DNA from: Candidatus Uhrbacteria bacterium
GTDB lineage: Bacteria > Patescibacteriota > Patescibacteriia > 2-12-FULL-60-25
Reading direction: 5' to 3'
Assembly (NCBI GenBank): GCA_037137975.1
Contig: JBAXJG010000002.1
Span: 40,524 to 104,523, forward strand
DNA length: 64,000 nucleotides
The translations under genes were made by a program, and so were the position numbers. Under the pieces are notes generated by a model. It did not search any database, was not told the DNA's origin, and saw only the letters and a program-made list of their open reading frames with translations. Of this stretch, positions 17,171 through 27,255 are shown piece by piece (the stretch's first letter is position 1; every line of letters starts with the position of its first letter).

Positions 17171-18946
17171 ATGTGCGGTATTGCTGGTCTTATTCGAGCA
17201 GATGGGCGGCCTGTAAATCGGGACCGCTTAGTCGGCATGTCTGAGGCAATAGTGCATCGTGGACCTGACGCAGAAGGGATGTGGATAGAGGGGGGGTGTG
17301 GTTTAGCTCATCGTCGCCTCGCGATCGTGGATTTGTCGCCAACTGGAGCCCAGCCAATGCGGTCTGGGGATGGTAGGTATGTCGTTACATTTAACGGTGA
17401 AATATATAATTATAAAGAGCTAAGACATGAGCTTGAATCGGCTGGAATCGTGTTGCGTTCAACGAGTGATACGGAAATTTTGGTAGAATTGTATGCTCGT
17501 TACGGCGAAGCGATGCTTGGTCGATTGCGAGGGATGTTCGCGTTTGCTATTTGGGACACGCAATCGCGTGTACTGTTTTTCGCGCGTGATCGTATTGGAA
17601 AGAAGCCCTTTTATTATTCTTTGCTGAATGATGAATTTGCATTCGCTTCTGAGCTCCCGGCTTTTTTCGCGTTATCTAAGGTGACGCCTGATTGGGATGC
17701 GATTGGGTTGTTTCTGGGTTTACAATATATTCCAAGTCCGTATACGGGATTTGAAGGGATTGTCTCGCTCTCACCTGGGAATTGTGGAACATGGAGCGAA
17801 GGGCGAATCACCATACGTCCGTACGTGGAATCGCCCTTGCCACCATTTTCTGGCACCTTCAATGAGGCCGTTACGGAAACGCGACGCTTATTGGATGAGG
17901 CCGTGCGTTATCGGATGATCGCCGACGTGCCGGTCGGATGTTTTTTGTCTGGAGGGATTGATTCGTCCGCGATCGCCGCACTTATGGCACGTCATTCGTT
18001 TTCGCCAATTAAGACGTTTACGATGGGATTTCCTGACTGGAAAGCAGATGAGCGAGACGAGGCGGCAACATTCGCAAAGCAAATTGGTGCCGAACATTAT
18101 TCGTTTGAAGCGAAAGCCGAAGATGCGGTTGCATTGGTGGATCGACTTGTGGATTTGTATGCCGCTCCGTATGCGGATTCGTCATGTTTGCCGACCTATC
18201 TTCTCGCGCAGGCAACATCGAAACATGTGAAGGCTGTGATGAATGGCGATGGGGGAGATGAGGCGTTCATGGGATATAAGCGGTATGCGTATTTTGCACA
18301 GGCAAAGCGATTTCGAGCCCTTGGGCATATCCCCGGTTTAAGCGCATTGAGTTTTGGAAATCCAAAAGTGAAGCGCATGCTGCGGACGATGGCTGCGCTG
18401 TCAGAAGGTGAGGCTGCAGGTTATGCGGAGATGTTCATGGGATCCTATTTTTCCGAGTTGGACCTACCTTCGTCGACGGCAAAAAAATTCATTATCGAGC
18501 ATATGCCCGATTTTGATCGTCGTTCGTATCTCCCAGACGATTTGTGCGTGAAGATGGATCGGGCGACCATGGCGCATGGTGTGGAGGCGCGTTCGCCTTT
18601 GCTTGATCAGGAATTAGTTCGTTTTGCAGCGAGCTTGCCTTTGGAATGGCATAGAAAAGGCGGAAAACAAAAAGCGGTGTTGCAGGCAGCGGTAGCTGAA
18701 TTTGTGCCAGAAAGCGTGTTAAATCGCCCAAAACGAGGGTTTCAGATACCGCTAGGGGCGTGGTTTCGTGGACCGCTCAAGCCATTGTTTGAGCAACGTT
18801 GTTTGGTGAGTGGTTCAAAACTTGAGCGTGTATGTCCTCAGGCGATTGTGCAAAAATATTTTGATGAGCATCAGCGCGGTCGAGATCATGGAAATCGTTT
18901 ATGGATGCTACTCACGCTCGCGACGTGGCTAGAGAAGCATGCATAG
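17171..18946 (+). CDS. asnB: Asparagine synthase (glutamine-hydrolysing) family amidotransferase
   Basis: N-terminal nucleophile MCGIAG, a GATase-2 domain, and the PP-loop SGGIDSSAIAA. Confidence 0.9.
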   Translation: MCGIAGLIRADGRPVNRDRLVGMSEAIVHRGPDAEGMWIEGGCGLAHRRLAIVDLSPTGAQPMRSGDGRYVVTFNGEIYNYKELRHELESAGIVLRSTSDTEILVELYARYGEAMLGRLRGMFAFAIWDTQSRVLFFARDRIGKKPFYYSLLNDEFAFASELPAFFALSKVTPDWDAIGLFLGLQYIPSPYTGFEGIVSLSPGNCGTWSEGRITIRPYVESPLPPFSGTFNEAVTETRRLLDEAVRYRMIADVPVGCFLSGGIDSSAIAALMARHSFSPIKTFTMGFPDWKADERDEAATFAKQIGAEHYSFEAKAEDAVALVDRLVDLYAAPYADSSCLPTYLLAQATSKHVKAVMNGDGGDEAFMGYKRYAYFAQAKRFRALGHIPGLSALSFGNPKVKRMLRTMAALSEGEAAGYAEMFMGSYFSELDLPSSTAKKFIIEHMPDFDRRSYLPDDLCVKMDRATMAHGVEARSPLLDQELVRFAASLPLEWHRKGGKQKAVLQAAVAEFVPESVLNRPKRGFQIPLGAWFRGPLKPLFEQRCLVSGSKLERVCPQAIVQKYFDEHQRGRDHGNRLWMLLTLATWLEKHA

Positions 18947-21137
18947 TATGAAAAGAGTTTTACTATTTTCAACAGCATATGCGCCGCTTCTCGGTGGAGC
19001 GGAGGTTGCGATTCGTGAAATCACAGATCGAGCAACGGATTTTGAATTTGATTTGATTTGCACCCGACTGATCCCAGGTTTGTCATCTACGGAAAAAATT
19101 GGACGTGTGCAGATTCATCGTGTTGGTTTTGGTTGTACGTTTGATAAATATTTGTTGCCCTTTCTCGGTCCGTTATACGCGATATTCGCAATTCGTTATT
19201 CGTCATTCGATCTCCTCTGGTCCATGCAGGCGAGCTATGGAGGATTCGCATCACTATTTTATTCTTGGATGAAGCCTCGTACTCGTTTTCTTTTGACGCT
19301 GCAAGAAGGTGATCCATTTGAGCAATACGCGAAGCGCGTTGGGATATTTGGTGGTTTGCACCGAGCGATTTTTCGTCGTGCGGACTTTGTTCAAGTTATT
19401 AGTAACTTTTTAGGTGATTGGGCATTAAAGATGGGTTTTGGCGGCAAGCCAAAATTGATTCCAAATGGTGTTGATGTTTCACGTTTTTTGTATCGAGAAC
19501 CTCATATTTCTGATCAGGTTACCCTTATTTCTGTTTCGCGTTTATCGCATAAGAATGGGATTGATCTTGTGATTCGAGCGATGCCGAGCTTGCCAGAGCG
19601 CGTAACATTACGTTTGGTTGGGGATGGCGAAGATAGGGTTATGCTTGAGAATTTGGCGAAAGAATTGCATGTTGAAAATCGTGTGGAGTTTCTTGGATCA
19701 AAAAATAATAGTGACATACCTGGATTGTTAGCGAGTGCTGATATATTCGTGCGACCGTCGCGCTCTGAGGGACAGGGGATTTCATTTCTTGAATCCATGG
19801 CTTGCGGATTACCTACGGTCGCGACTCCTGTTGGAGGTATCCCTGATTTTTTGAACTCTGAAACGGGTTGGTTATGCAAGCCTGAAGATCCTGAATCTAT
19901 CGCGTACGCAATCAATCAAATTATTACAACACCACAAGTAGAGGTGGCTCGTATTACACAGAATGCATCAAGGCTCGTTCGAGAGAGTTATGATTGGGAA
20001 AAGATTGGGAGAGAAATGTCGGATCTGTTTTCCGTAGTGTGTGCATCAAAACGTGTATTAATTGCGACAGGAATCTATCCTCCAGAGTCTGGTGGCCCAT
20101 CGCAGTATTCGTATGGATTTGCTCGTTCTTTGGAGCGTCTTGGTCATTGTCCCTCTGTGGTTGCCTATGGTGAGACCAAGGGCCGAGTGTCGCGTTCCGG
20201 TGGACCTGTTATTCGATATATTCGTTTTGCTTGGCGGTCTTGGAAGCTCGCGAGACGAAGTGATGTGTTGTTTTTGCAAGGGGCAGTATCAGAAGGATTT
20301 CCAGCAACAATCGTGGCAATGATAGCTCGAAAGCCAACTGTTCTTCGTTTACCAGGAGACTATGCTTGGGAGATGGCGCAACAATCCGGTGAAACGGATT
20401 TATTGGATGCGTTCCTTGCGAAAGCTCATACGGGCAAAATTGGATTGTATGAAAAGCTTGAACGCTTCGTAGCTCGACGCGCAAAGAGCGTTATCGCTCC
20501 TAGCCAGTATTTAAAATCCGTTGCTGAAAAATGGAGTGTGTCGTCAGAAAAAATTTCAGTTATTTGGAATGCGGAACATAGTTTGCCGACCGTTCATTCA
20601 AGAGATGAGGCTCGAGAATTGTTCGGTGTGTCTGATAAAATTGTTTGTCTGACGGTTGTGCGTGCCGTGCCATGGAAAGGGGTGGCTGAACTTATTGCAT
20701 GGTGGAAAGATATTCCATTGGACCATGTATTGATTGTGGGAGGCGATGGCCCAGAAACAGAAGCATGGAAAACACTCGCTGTTGAGCATTCATTAAGCGA
20801 TCGTGTTCGCTTTGTCGGGAGATTGAACCGTGAAGTCTTAGCTGATTGGTATCGTGCGAGCGATGTGTTTATTTTGCATTCAGGATATGAAGGATACCCT
20901 CATGTGGTCGCAGAGGCCGCGTCTTTAGGTGTTCCGTGCTTTGTGAGCGATCAAGGTGGGAATCCTGAAACAGAAGAAGTGTTTGGTGATTTGGTTCAGG
21001 TGTTTCCGTATCAAAATAAGGCTGTGTGGGTTGAAGCGTTGACTCGCGTATCTCGTCGTGAGGAGCGAGAATCAAGGCCACCGCGCTGGACACACGAACA
21101 GATGGTGGAGGCAGTTTTGAATGTATTGAATATCTAA
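18939..21137 (+). CDS. Double-domain glycosyltransferase (GT4 + GT4 fusion)
   Basis: There are two complete GT-B units. Unit 1 runs MKRVLLFSTAYAPLLGGAEV...RPSRSEGQGISFLESMACGLP. Unit 2 runs KRVLIATGIYPPESGGPSQY...LHSGYEGYPHVVAEAASLGVP. Confidence 0.8.
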   Translation: MHSMKRVLLFSTAYAPLLGGAEVAIREITDRATDFEFDLICTRLIPGLSSTEKIGRVQIHRVGFGCTFDKYLLPFLGPLYAIFAIRYSSFDLLWSMQASYGGFASLFYSWMKPRTRFLLTLQEGDPFEQYAKRVGIFGGLHRAIFRRADFVQVISNFLGDWALKMGFGGKPKLIPNGVDVSRFLYREPHISDQVTLISVSRLSHKNGIDLVIRAMPSLPERVTLRLVGDGEDRVMLENLAKELHVENRVEFLGSKNNSDIPGLLASADIFVRPSRSEGQGISFLESMACGLPTVATPVGGIPDFLNSETGWLCKPEDPESIAYAINQIITTPQVEVARITQNASRLVRESYDWEKIGREMSDLFSVVCASKRVLIATGIYPPESGGPSQYSYGFARSLERLGHCPSVVAYGETKGRVSRSGGPVIRYIRFAWRSWKLARRSDVLFLQGAVSEGFPATIVAMIARKPTVLRLPGDYAWEMAQQSGETDLLDAFLAKAHTGKIGLYEKLERFVARRAKSVIAPSQYLKSVAEKWSVSSEKISVIWNAEHSLPTVHSRDEARELFGVSDKIVCLTVVRAVPWKGVAELIAWWKDIPLDHVLIVGGDGPETEAWKTLAVEHSLSDRVRFVGRLNREVLADWYRASDVFILHSGYEGYPHVVAEAASLGVPCFVSDQGGNPETEEVFGDLVQVFPYQNKAVWVEALTRVSRREERESRPPRWTHEQMVEAVLNVLNI

Positions 21138-21138
21138 T

Positions 21139-23199
21139 ATGAAGATCTTGAGCGTTAGTTTAGATCGCCGAGTTTTAGATCCTACAACGGTTGTCGCTCA
21201 ACGACAGGCTGAATATTTTCGAGACCATGAAGTATCGTATATTATTTTGGATGACCCGAAGCGGTCGAAAGTAGTTCTGTTTCTTTCAGCGCTTTTCAAA
21301 GCATATACGTCAAAAGGGTTTGACGTTGTGACGACGCAAGACCCATTATTTTCAGGGATCATTGGCTATGTAGCTGCTCGTCGTTCCCGAGCTGGATTGC
21401 AGATTCAAGATCATAGCGGTGCATTTGGTCGTTCGGCTTTTAGTTGGAAGGAACGGTTACTTCGTCCGATATCAAAATATATTTTGAAACGAGCTGATCG
21501 TGTTCGGACGGTAAGCCTTCGTGGGAAGAATGGATTAATTGGTATCGGCGTTGCCGAGAATCGTATTGATGTAATTCCCATCGCGACCGACGTTTCACGT
21601 TTCACGCCTGCGTGCCAGAACGCACTTCGGCGTGCAGGCACGATTCACACTTCAAGAACGGGGAAAGAGATCGTTTGCGTGTCGCGTTTAGAAAAAGAGA
21701 AAGGCGTTGAAATATTGTTGGCAGCTTTTGATCGGTTGAAGCCTTCTCATCCTGAACTCATCTTAACCGTTGTGGGCGACGGTTCTTTGCGAACCACGCT
21801 GGATGTGGGGAAGAAGGATGTGAATTTTGTAGGAAATCAGACTGATGTACGTCCTTATCTCGATCGTGCGACGGTGTATGTTCAGCCTTCGTATTTTGAA
21901 GGATGGGGGATGGCTGTGGTTGAGGCGGCTGCATCAGGCGCGCCTATCGTCATGACAGACGTGGGTTTGGCTGGGGAAGTCATCTGTGATGAGGAGAGCG
22001 GTTTGGTGACCCCTGTGGGCGATCCAGAGGCGTTAGCGAAGGCAATTGAGCGGGTATTGGTAGATCGGGCATTAGGGGAGCGCTTGGCTATGCATGCACG
22101 AAAGGCGGTGGAGATGTTGCCGGCGCCAGAACGAGGAGTTGAGTTGGTACGCGAGGCGTTAAAGGCAAGCTGCAAGAAATTGCGGTTACTTATTATTACG
22201 CAAGCCGTTGATTTAGATGATCCTGTTCTTGGATTTTTTCATCATTGGATTGAGAAAATTTTAGTGCGTGCTTCAGTAACGGTTATCTGTTTGAAGCGCG
22301 GGGATCATCATCTCCCAGGTGTGGAAGTGTATTCTCTTGGGAAAGAGGATGGTGTTGGTAGATTGGGTCGTCTCATTCGTTTTGCTGTGGCCTTATGGCA
22401 ACTACGGGGTCAGTATGATTCGGTATTCGTACACATGAATGATGTGTACGTTGGCTTAGCTGGCTGGTGGTGGCGATTAACGGGAAAACATATCGGGTTG
22501 TGGCGTAATCACCCTCAGGGAACATGGATGACCCCAGTTGCTGCCTTTTTTTCGCATCGAGTGTTTTACACGTCTGTACTTGCTTATACGGCACGATATC
22601 GTAAAAGTTTGCGTATGCCAGCGGGAATTGACACGGATGTATTTAATCCTGGTTGTGCCGTGCGCATTTCAAAAACAATTTTATTTTTTGGACGTCTGTC
22701 CCGCATCAAGCATCCAGAGCTGTTGTTGCGTGCATTATCAAGAATACAAAATTTAGATTGGACCGCGAGGATTGTTGGCGACGCGTTACCTCAAGATAGA
22801 GATTTTGCAAAAGAGTTGCATGCACTCGCTGATGAGCTTGGTTTACGCGAACGAGTATCATTTGAGCCTGCGATTTCTCAAGACGAGGCGCCAGCATTAT
22901 TTGCGTCTTGTGATGTGTATGTGAATGCGACTCCTTCAGGGAGCTATGACAAGACTGTTATCGAGGCGATGGCGAGCGGATGTTTGGTGGCGGTTGGAAA
23001 TACGAATTTTGATGGAGAGATTCCTGCGGAATGTATTTGGAAAGAAGGGGATACTGAGTCGTTGTCACAAGCACTTGTTGGTTTGTTGAGTTTTTCTGTG
23101 GAGCAAGCTTCAATGATGCGACGTAAATTGCGTGAATATGCGGTTCAGAGGCATGGGCTTGATTCACTTGTGGGGGAGTTGCTCAAGGAACTCCGCTAA
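21139..23199 (+). CDS. Double-domain glycosyltransferase (GT4 + GT4-like fusion)
   Basis: Unit 1 ends in QPSYFEGWGMAVVEAAASGAPIV. Unit 2 starts LRLLIITQAVDLDDPVLGFF and ends NATPSGSYDKTVIEAMASG. Confidence 0.75.
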   Translation: MKILSVSLDRRVLDPTTVVAQRQAEYFRDHEVSYIILDDPKRSKVVLFLSALFKAYTSKGFDVVTTQDPLFSGIIGYVAARRSRAGLQIQDHSGAFGRSAFSWKERLLRPISKYILKRADRVRTVSLRGKNGLIGIGVAENRIDVIPIATDVSRFTPACQNALRRAGTIHTSRTGKEIVCVSRLEKEKGVEILLAAFDRLKPSHPELILTVVGDGSLRTTLDVGKKDVNFVGNQTDVRPYLDRATVYVQPSYFEGWGMAVVEAAASGAPIVMTDVGLAGEVICDEESGLVTPVGDPEALAKAIERVLVDRALGERLAMHARKAVEMLPAPERGVELVREALKASCKKLRLLIITQAVDLDDPVLGFFHHWIEKILVRASVTVICLKRGDHHLPGVEVYSLGKEDGVGRLGRLIRFAVALWQLRGQYDSVFVHMNDVYVGLAGWWWRLTGKHIGLWRNHPQGTWMTPVAAFFSHRVFYTSVLAYTARYRKSLRMPAGIDTDVFNPGCAVRISKTILFFGRLSRIKHPELLLRALSRIQNLDWTARIVGDALPQDRDFAKELHALADELGLRERVSFEPAISQDEAPALFASCDVYVNATPSGSYDKTVIEAMASGCLVAVGNTNFDGEIPAECIWKEGDTESLSQALVGLLSFSVEQASMMRRKLREYAVQRHGLDSLVGELLKELR

Positions 23200-23223
23200 G
23201 GTACGCTCCGCATCATATTGAAT

Positions 23224-24237
23224 ATGGAAAAGAAGACCATTTTCATCACGGGTGTTGCTGGTTTCCTTGGAAGCCATCTAGCTGACCGTCTTTTAGAAAA
23301 AGGACATCGCGTGATCGGAGTCGACAATTTGATTGGTGGATATCTTGATAACGTATCGCCAGGTATTGAGTTTTATCAATACGACTGTAACAACCATGAA
23401 GCCATGGTGAAGCTTATGCGTAATGTGGACCATGTCTATCATTGCGCGTGCACAGCGTATGAGGGATTGTCAGTATTTTCGCCTCATCTCATCACACAGA
23501 ATACGTACGGGAATACGGTATCTGTTTTGTCAGCTGCGATTGCAAACAAGGTGAAGCGTTTTGTGTATTGCTCAAGCATGGCGCGGTACGGAACGCAGGA
23601 TCGAGTGCCATTTACGGAGGACATGACGCCGAAGCCTCAGGATCCGTATGGGATTGCGAAGTTCGCCGCAGAGCTTACGGTTCGTGAATTGTGTGAGACG
23701 CATGAAATGGAATATGTCATCGCTGTCCCACATAACATCATTGGACCACGTCAAAAATACGATGATCCATATCGAAACGTTGCATCAATCATGATGAATT
23801 TGATGCTTCAGGGACGTCAGCCGATTATTTATGGTGACGGATTGCAGAAACGCTGTTTTTCCTTCGTGCAGGACGTTATAGACCCGTTGGAGCGCTTAGG
23901 AACGGATCAAGCTGTATTAGGGCAAGTGATAAATGTTGGGCCAGATGAGGAATTCATCACGATCAATCAATTAGCGGAAACGATTGCGAAATTGTTAGAT
24001 TTTCCATTGAAGCCAATTTACATGCCGGATCGTCCACGTGAGGTAAAGTTGGCGACATGCTCTGCTGATAAGGCGCGCACACTCCTTGGATATTCCACGA
24101 GTCATACGCTTGAGCAGGGTTTGATGGAAATGATTGAATATATAAAGCGCCGTGGTGTAAAGCCGTTTCATTATCATCTTCCATTAGAGATCGTGAGCGA
24201 AAAGATTCCACGGACTTGGAAAGATCGATTGTTTTGA
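23224..24237 (+). CDS. NAD-dependent sugar-nucleotide epimerase/dehydratase (extended SDR)
   Basis: Rossmann motif ITGVAGFLGSHL and catalytic YGIAK (YxxxK). Confidence 0.85.
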   Translation: MEKKTIFITGVAGFLGSHLADRLLEKGHRVIGVDNLIGGYLDNVSPGIEFYQYDCNNHEAMVKLMRNVDHVYHCACTAYEGLSVFSPHLITQNTYGNTVSVLSAAIANKVKRFVYCSSMARYGTQDRVPFTEDMTPKPQDPYGIAKFAAELTVRELCETHEMEYVIAVPHNIIGPRQKYDDPYRNVASIMMNLMLQGRQPIIYGDGLQKRCFSFVQDVIDPLERLGTDQAVLGQVINVGPDEEFITINQLAETIAKLLDFPLKPIYMPDRPREVKLATCSADKARTLLGYSTSHTLEQGLMEMIEYIKRRGVKPFHYHLPLEIVSEKIPRTWKDRLF

Positions 24238-24238
24238 T

Positions 24239-24940
24239 ATGTATCGGAATCGTCGCGTGTCTATTGTCTTTCCGGCCTATAATGAGGAGCCGAATATTCG
24301 ACGCGCGATAGAGGATTTTTTTCAGCATCCAGCCGTGGATGAGATTATTGCAGTGGACAATCGTTCTACGGATAAGACGAAGCAAGAAATTCAGATTACT
24401 CGGGCGAAGTATGTGTACGAGGAGATCCCGGGGTATGGTTCGGCATTAATGCGTGGCATGAAAGAGGCGACAGGAGATTTGATTGTTACGGTTGAACCGG
24501 ATGGAACGTTCATGTCGCAGGACTTGGAAAAGCTCCTGATTTACAGTGACGATTTTGATGTAGTATTTGGAACACGTACATCGCGCTCATTGATTTGGTC
24601 TGGCGCGTATATGCCATTTTCTGTAAGGATGGGAAATTGGGCTGTTGCAAAATTTCTTGAATATTTATTTAATGGTCCTTCGCTTACGGATGTTGGGTGT
24701 ACGTATAAGCTCATAAAGCGTACGGCTTACGAAAAGATCAAAGATCGTCTTTCGGTGAATGGTTCCCATTTTTCTCCTGATTTTATGTTACAGGTGTTAC
24801 GAGCAAAAATTTCATGTGTTGAGATTCCTGTTCATTACGGAACGCGCATTGGAGAATCGAAGATCACGGGAGGCGCTTGGCGCGCCGCAAAACTTGGGTT
24901 TCGTATGATTTGGTTTATTTTGTATGAGCGATTATTTTAA
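24239..24940 (+). CDS. GT2 glycosyltransferase (polyprenyl-phosphate glycosyl synthase-like)
   Basis: VSIVFPAYNEEPNI, IIAVDNRSTD and VTVEPDG (DxD-like), at about 233 aa as in Dpm1/GtrB-type enzymes. Confidence 0.8.
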   Translation: MYRNRRVSIVFPAYNEEPNIRRAIEDFFQHPAVDEIIAVDNRSTDKTKQEIQITRAKYVYEEIPGYGSALMRGMKEATGDLIVTVEPDGTFMSQDLEKLLIYSDDFDVVFGTRTSRSLIWSGAYMPFSVRMGNWAVAKFLEYLFNGPSLTDVGCTYKLIKRTAYEKIKDRLSVNGSHFSPDFMLQVLRAKISCVEIPVHYGTRIGESKITGGAWRAAKLGFRMIWFILYERLF

Positions 24941-25559
24941 CGTGCGATTAAAAGAAGATGCCCGACGTCCGATTGTCTGGCGTGAAGTGGTACGTTATCT
25001 CAGGCCTTGGATCGGGGGACGCGAGCGTGTGCTTGAGATTGGTGCTGGGTATTGTTCGTTTATTAATGAGATCAGCGCGTCGGAACGTACCGCGATGGAC
25101 CGAGATCCAATTGTCAGACAATACGCTTTGGAAGGGGTTCGTACTGTGGTTTCGGATTTACGCGAAGGATTGCAAGGTGTCGGCTCATTTGATTTGGTGC
25201 TTGCGAGTAATCTATTCGAACATTTTACGACCGAGGAATTCGAGATGTTGGTTAAGAGCGTAAAAGCGGTTCTTGTGAGTGGCGGACGCCTTGTGATTAT
25301 TCAACCAAATTTCCGTTTTTCATTTCGTACCTATTTTGACGATTACACTCATAAGAAGATTTTCACCGATGAGGGTTTGTGTGGGGCGCTTGAAGCTGAA
25401 GGTTTTCGAATTGTGCGTCGTGAGGCACGTTTTTTACCGTTTTCGCTCAAGTCGTCGCCTGGATGGATTCCACTGTTGTCGTTTATCGTTCGATGCTATT
25501 TGAATTCTCCATGGCGTCCAAAGGCTGGGCAAATGTTGGTAATTGCCGAAAAAACATGA
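24924..25559 (+). CDS. Class I SAM-dependent methyltransferase
   Basis: Motif I VLEIGAGYCSF plus FDLVLASNLFEHF and GGRLVIIQP. Confidence 0.7.
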   Translation: MSDYFNVRLKEDARRPIVWREVVRYLRPWIGGRERVLEIGAGYCSFINEISASERTAMDRDPIVRQYALEGVRTVVSDLREGLQGVGSFDLVLASNLFEHFTTEEFEMLVKSVKAVLVSGGRLVIIQPNFRFSFRTYFDDYTHKKIFTDEGLCGALEAEGFRIVRREARFLPFSLKSSPGWIPLLSFIVRCYLNSPWRPKAGQMLVIAEKT

Positions 25560-27181
25560 AACAAAAACATTGGCTGATCGCCTGCGTATTATTGTTTGTT
25601 CTGTTTGTGGGATTACGTTTGCCATTGTTATCGCAGATATATCATCAGGACGAGTATAAGTGGGCGCAGATCGAAGATCCGAAATATGGTTTACAGGGTT
25701 CGATCCCGCACCCGCCCCTTGTGGAAACGTTATATCGCGCATGGGGAGGTGTGTTTGGTTACGACTATTTGCGTGGTCTGCCCCTGTTGGTTACTTGTGT
25801 AAATATTTTACTCGGTATGTTTTTGGTTCGCCGTTGGTTCGGAGAGAAAGCGGCATTGTGGTACGGGCTTATTCTCACGGTTATGACTGCCTCGCTTCAA
25901 GCTTCGACACAGATTGATATTGATGGGGCGTTTCTGCCTCTATGGAGTCTTATAGCGTTTTGGGGTGCGACCGACATTAAGGACCCGAAGCTTCGCAAGC
26001 GAGGTATTGTTATTTTAGCGATAGCGATGTTTGGAGGATTTATTACAAAAATATCCTATATTCTGGTTCCGATTGTCCTTATCGCTGAAGCGCTGTTCGA
26101 TGGTCGTTTGAAGGTTAAGCGATCCTATTTGATTAGTGCTTTCACATTTAGCATTCTCGCTGTTGTATTGTGGATTTCTCCTGTTTTAAATGGTATCGGT
26201 TTTGTCACGTATGCAAAGTCCTTTGGATTTTTGAATATTCATCGTGATTATTTTGAGTTGTTGTTGCTTTGTTTAAAATCGACGGTATTGCTCGGACCGG
26301 TTGCAGTGGTGGCACTTTTGTCTGCATTTAAGCAACCGAAAAGGTACATGTTCCAGATTTTGCTCGTTGTATCCCAGTTGTTGTTCTATATAGTGATATT
26401 TGATTTTACGCATCGTACACTTGAGAGGTATTTGCTTGCACTCGCCCTGCCAATTGCAATGGTCGCTGGTGATGCGTTAAGTCAGTGGATGGATCGTGAG
26501 GCGATACGTTCTAAGGGTGGTTGGATCGGGGCTTTGATCGTTCTCGCTTTGTTTTCGGGCTTGACTTTCGTGCTACCAAAAGAGGCGATCCCATTACATC
26601 CGAAGGAACAGTTTGTGCAGAAAGTTGTGCATATGGACCTCGGTTTCCTAATCCCGATTAGTGGTGGTTCTGGTCCGATTGGATTTTTCGTGCCGACAGA
26701 TGTTACGATATTTTCTTTTGCGATCGTAATGATCTTATGCGCATTTTTGGTATTCAAAAAACAAGATAAGCGTCTTATTTTACCTTTGATTTTGCTGCTA
26801 TTCGCATTTCCGTTATTAGCTGATGAAGAATTCTCTTTTGGTAAACTCTTTGGTAACGCTTCACGCCTCGCTATTGATGCGACAGCTTGGGTGAATAACA
26901 ATCCGGATATTAATCAAGTGATTACTTACAATGACATTGGCGGTTGGGAGCTCGGAGAAAGTAAAAAGTACTATAAACGTTTTTATCTTAATCCTGAGTT
27001 TCAGAACTCTACGCGTAAAAAGATGACGGAGTTTGATGGGTATTATTTGGTGGTTGGCATGCCGCCACTTCCGCCGGAGGATCCTTCCATGAAATATTTT
27101 GAACAATGTAGAGATGTATACCATCAAACAGATCAAAAGATCTCGGCGGATGTGTATGATTGTAGGGGGGTAGAGTATTAG
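25556..27181 (+). CDS. GT-C-like polytopic glycosyltransferase (GT39/ArnT-PMT-like)
   Basis: ATGA overlap with the upstream stop. About 12 TM helices, with the acidic loop-1 motif YHQDEYKWAQIED right after TM1 as in ArnT/PMT enzymes. Confidence 0.55.
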   Translation: MKQKHWLIACVLLFVLFVGLRLPLLSQIYHQDEYKWAQIEDPKYGLQGSIPHPPLVETLYRAWGGVFGYDYLRGLPLLVTCVNILLGMFLVRRWFGEKAALWYGLILTVMTASLQASTQIDIDGAFLPLWSLIAFWGATDIKDPKLRKRGIVILAIAMFGGFITKISYILVPIVLIAEALFDGRLKVKRSYLISAFTFSILAVVLWISPVLNGIGFVTYAKSFGFLNIHRDYFELLLLCLKSTVLLGPVAVVALLSAFKQPKRYMFQILLVVSQLLFYIVIFDFTHRTLERYLLALALPIAMVAGDALSQWMDREAIRSKGGWIGALIVLALFSGLTFVLPKEAIPLHPKEQFVQKVVHMDLGFLIPISGGSGPIGFFVPTDVTIFSFAIVMILCAFLVFKKQDKRLILPLILLLFAFPLLADEEFSFGKLFGNASRLAIDATAWVNNNPDINQVITYNDIGGWELGESKKYYKRFYLNPEFQNSTRKKMTEFDGYYLVVGMPPLPPEDPSMKYFEQCRDVYHQTDQKISADVYDCRGVEY

Positions 27182-27215
27182 TCGCAGTGATTCGATTCTT
27201 ATCGTCTCGACTCGC

Positions 27216-27244
27216 TTGACGTTAGGACGAAAATTGAGGTAATT
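27216..27244 (+). promoter_or_regulatory. Candidate sigma-70 promoter for gmd
   Basis: TTGACG, 17 nt, then GTAATT. AGGTGA Shine-Dalgarno (27248-27253) precedes ATG 27256. Confidence 0.35.
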
Positions 27245-27255
27245 TTTAGGTGATT

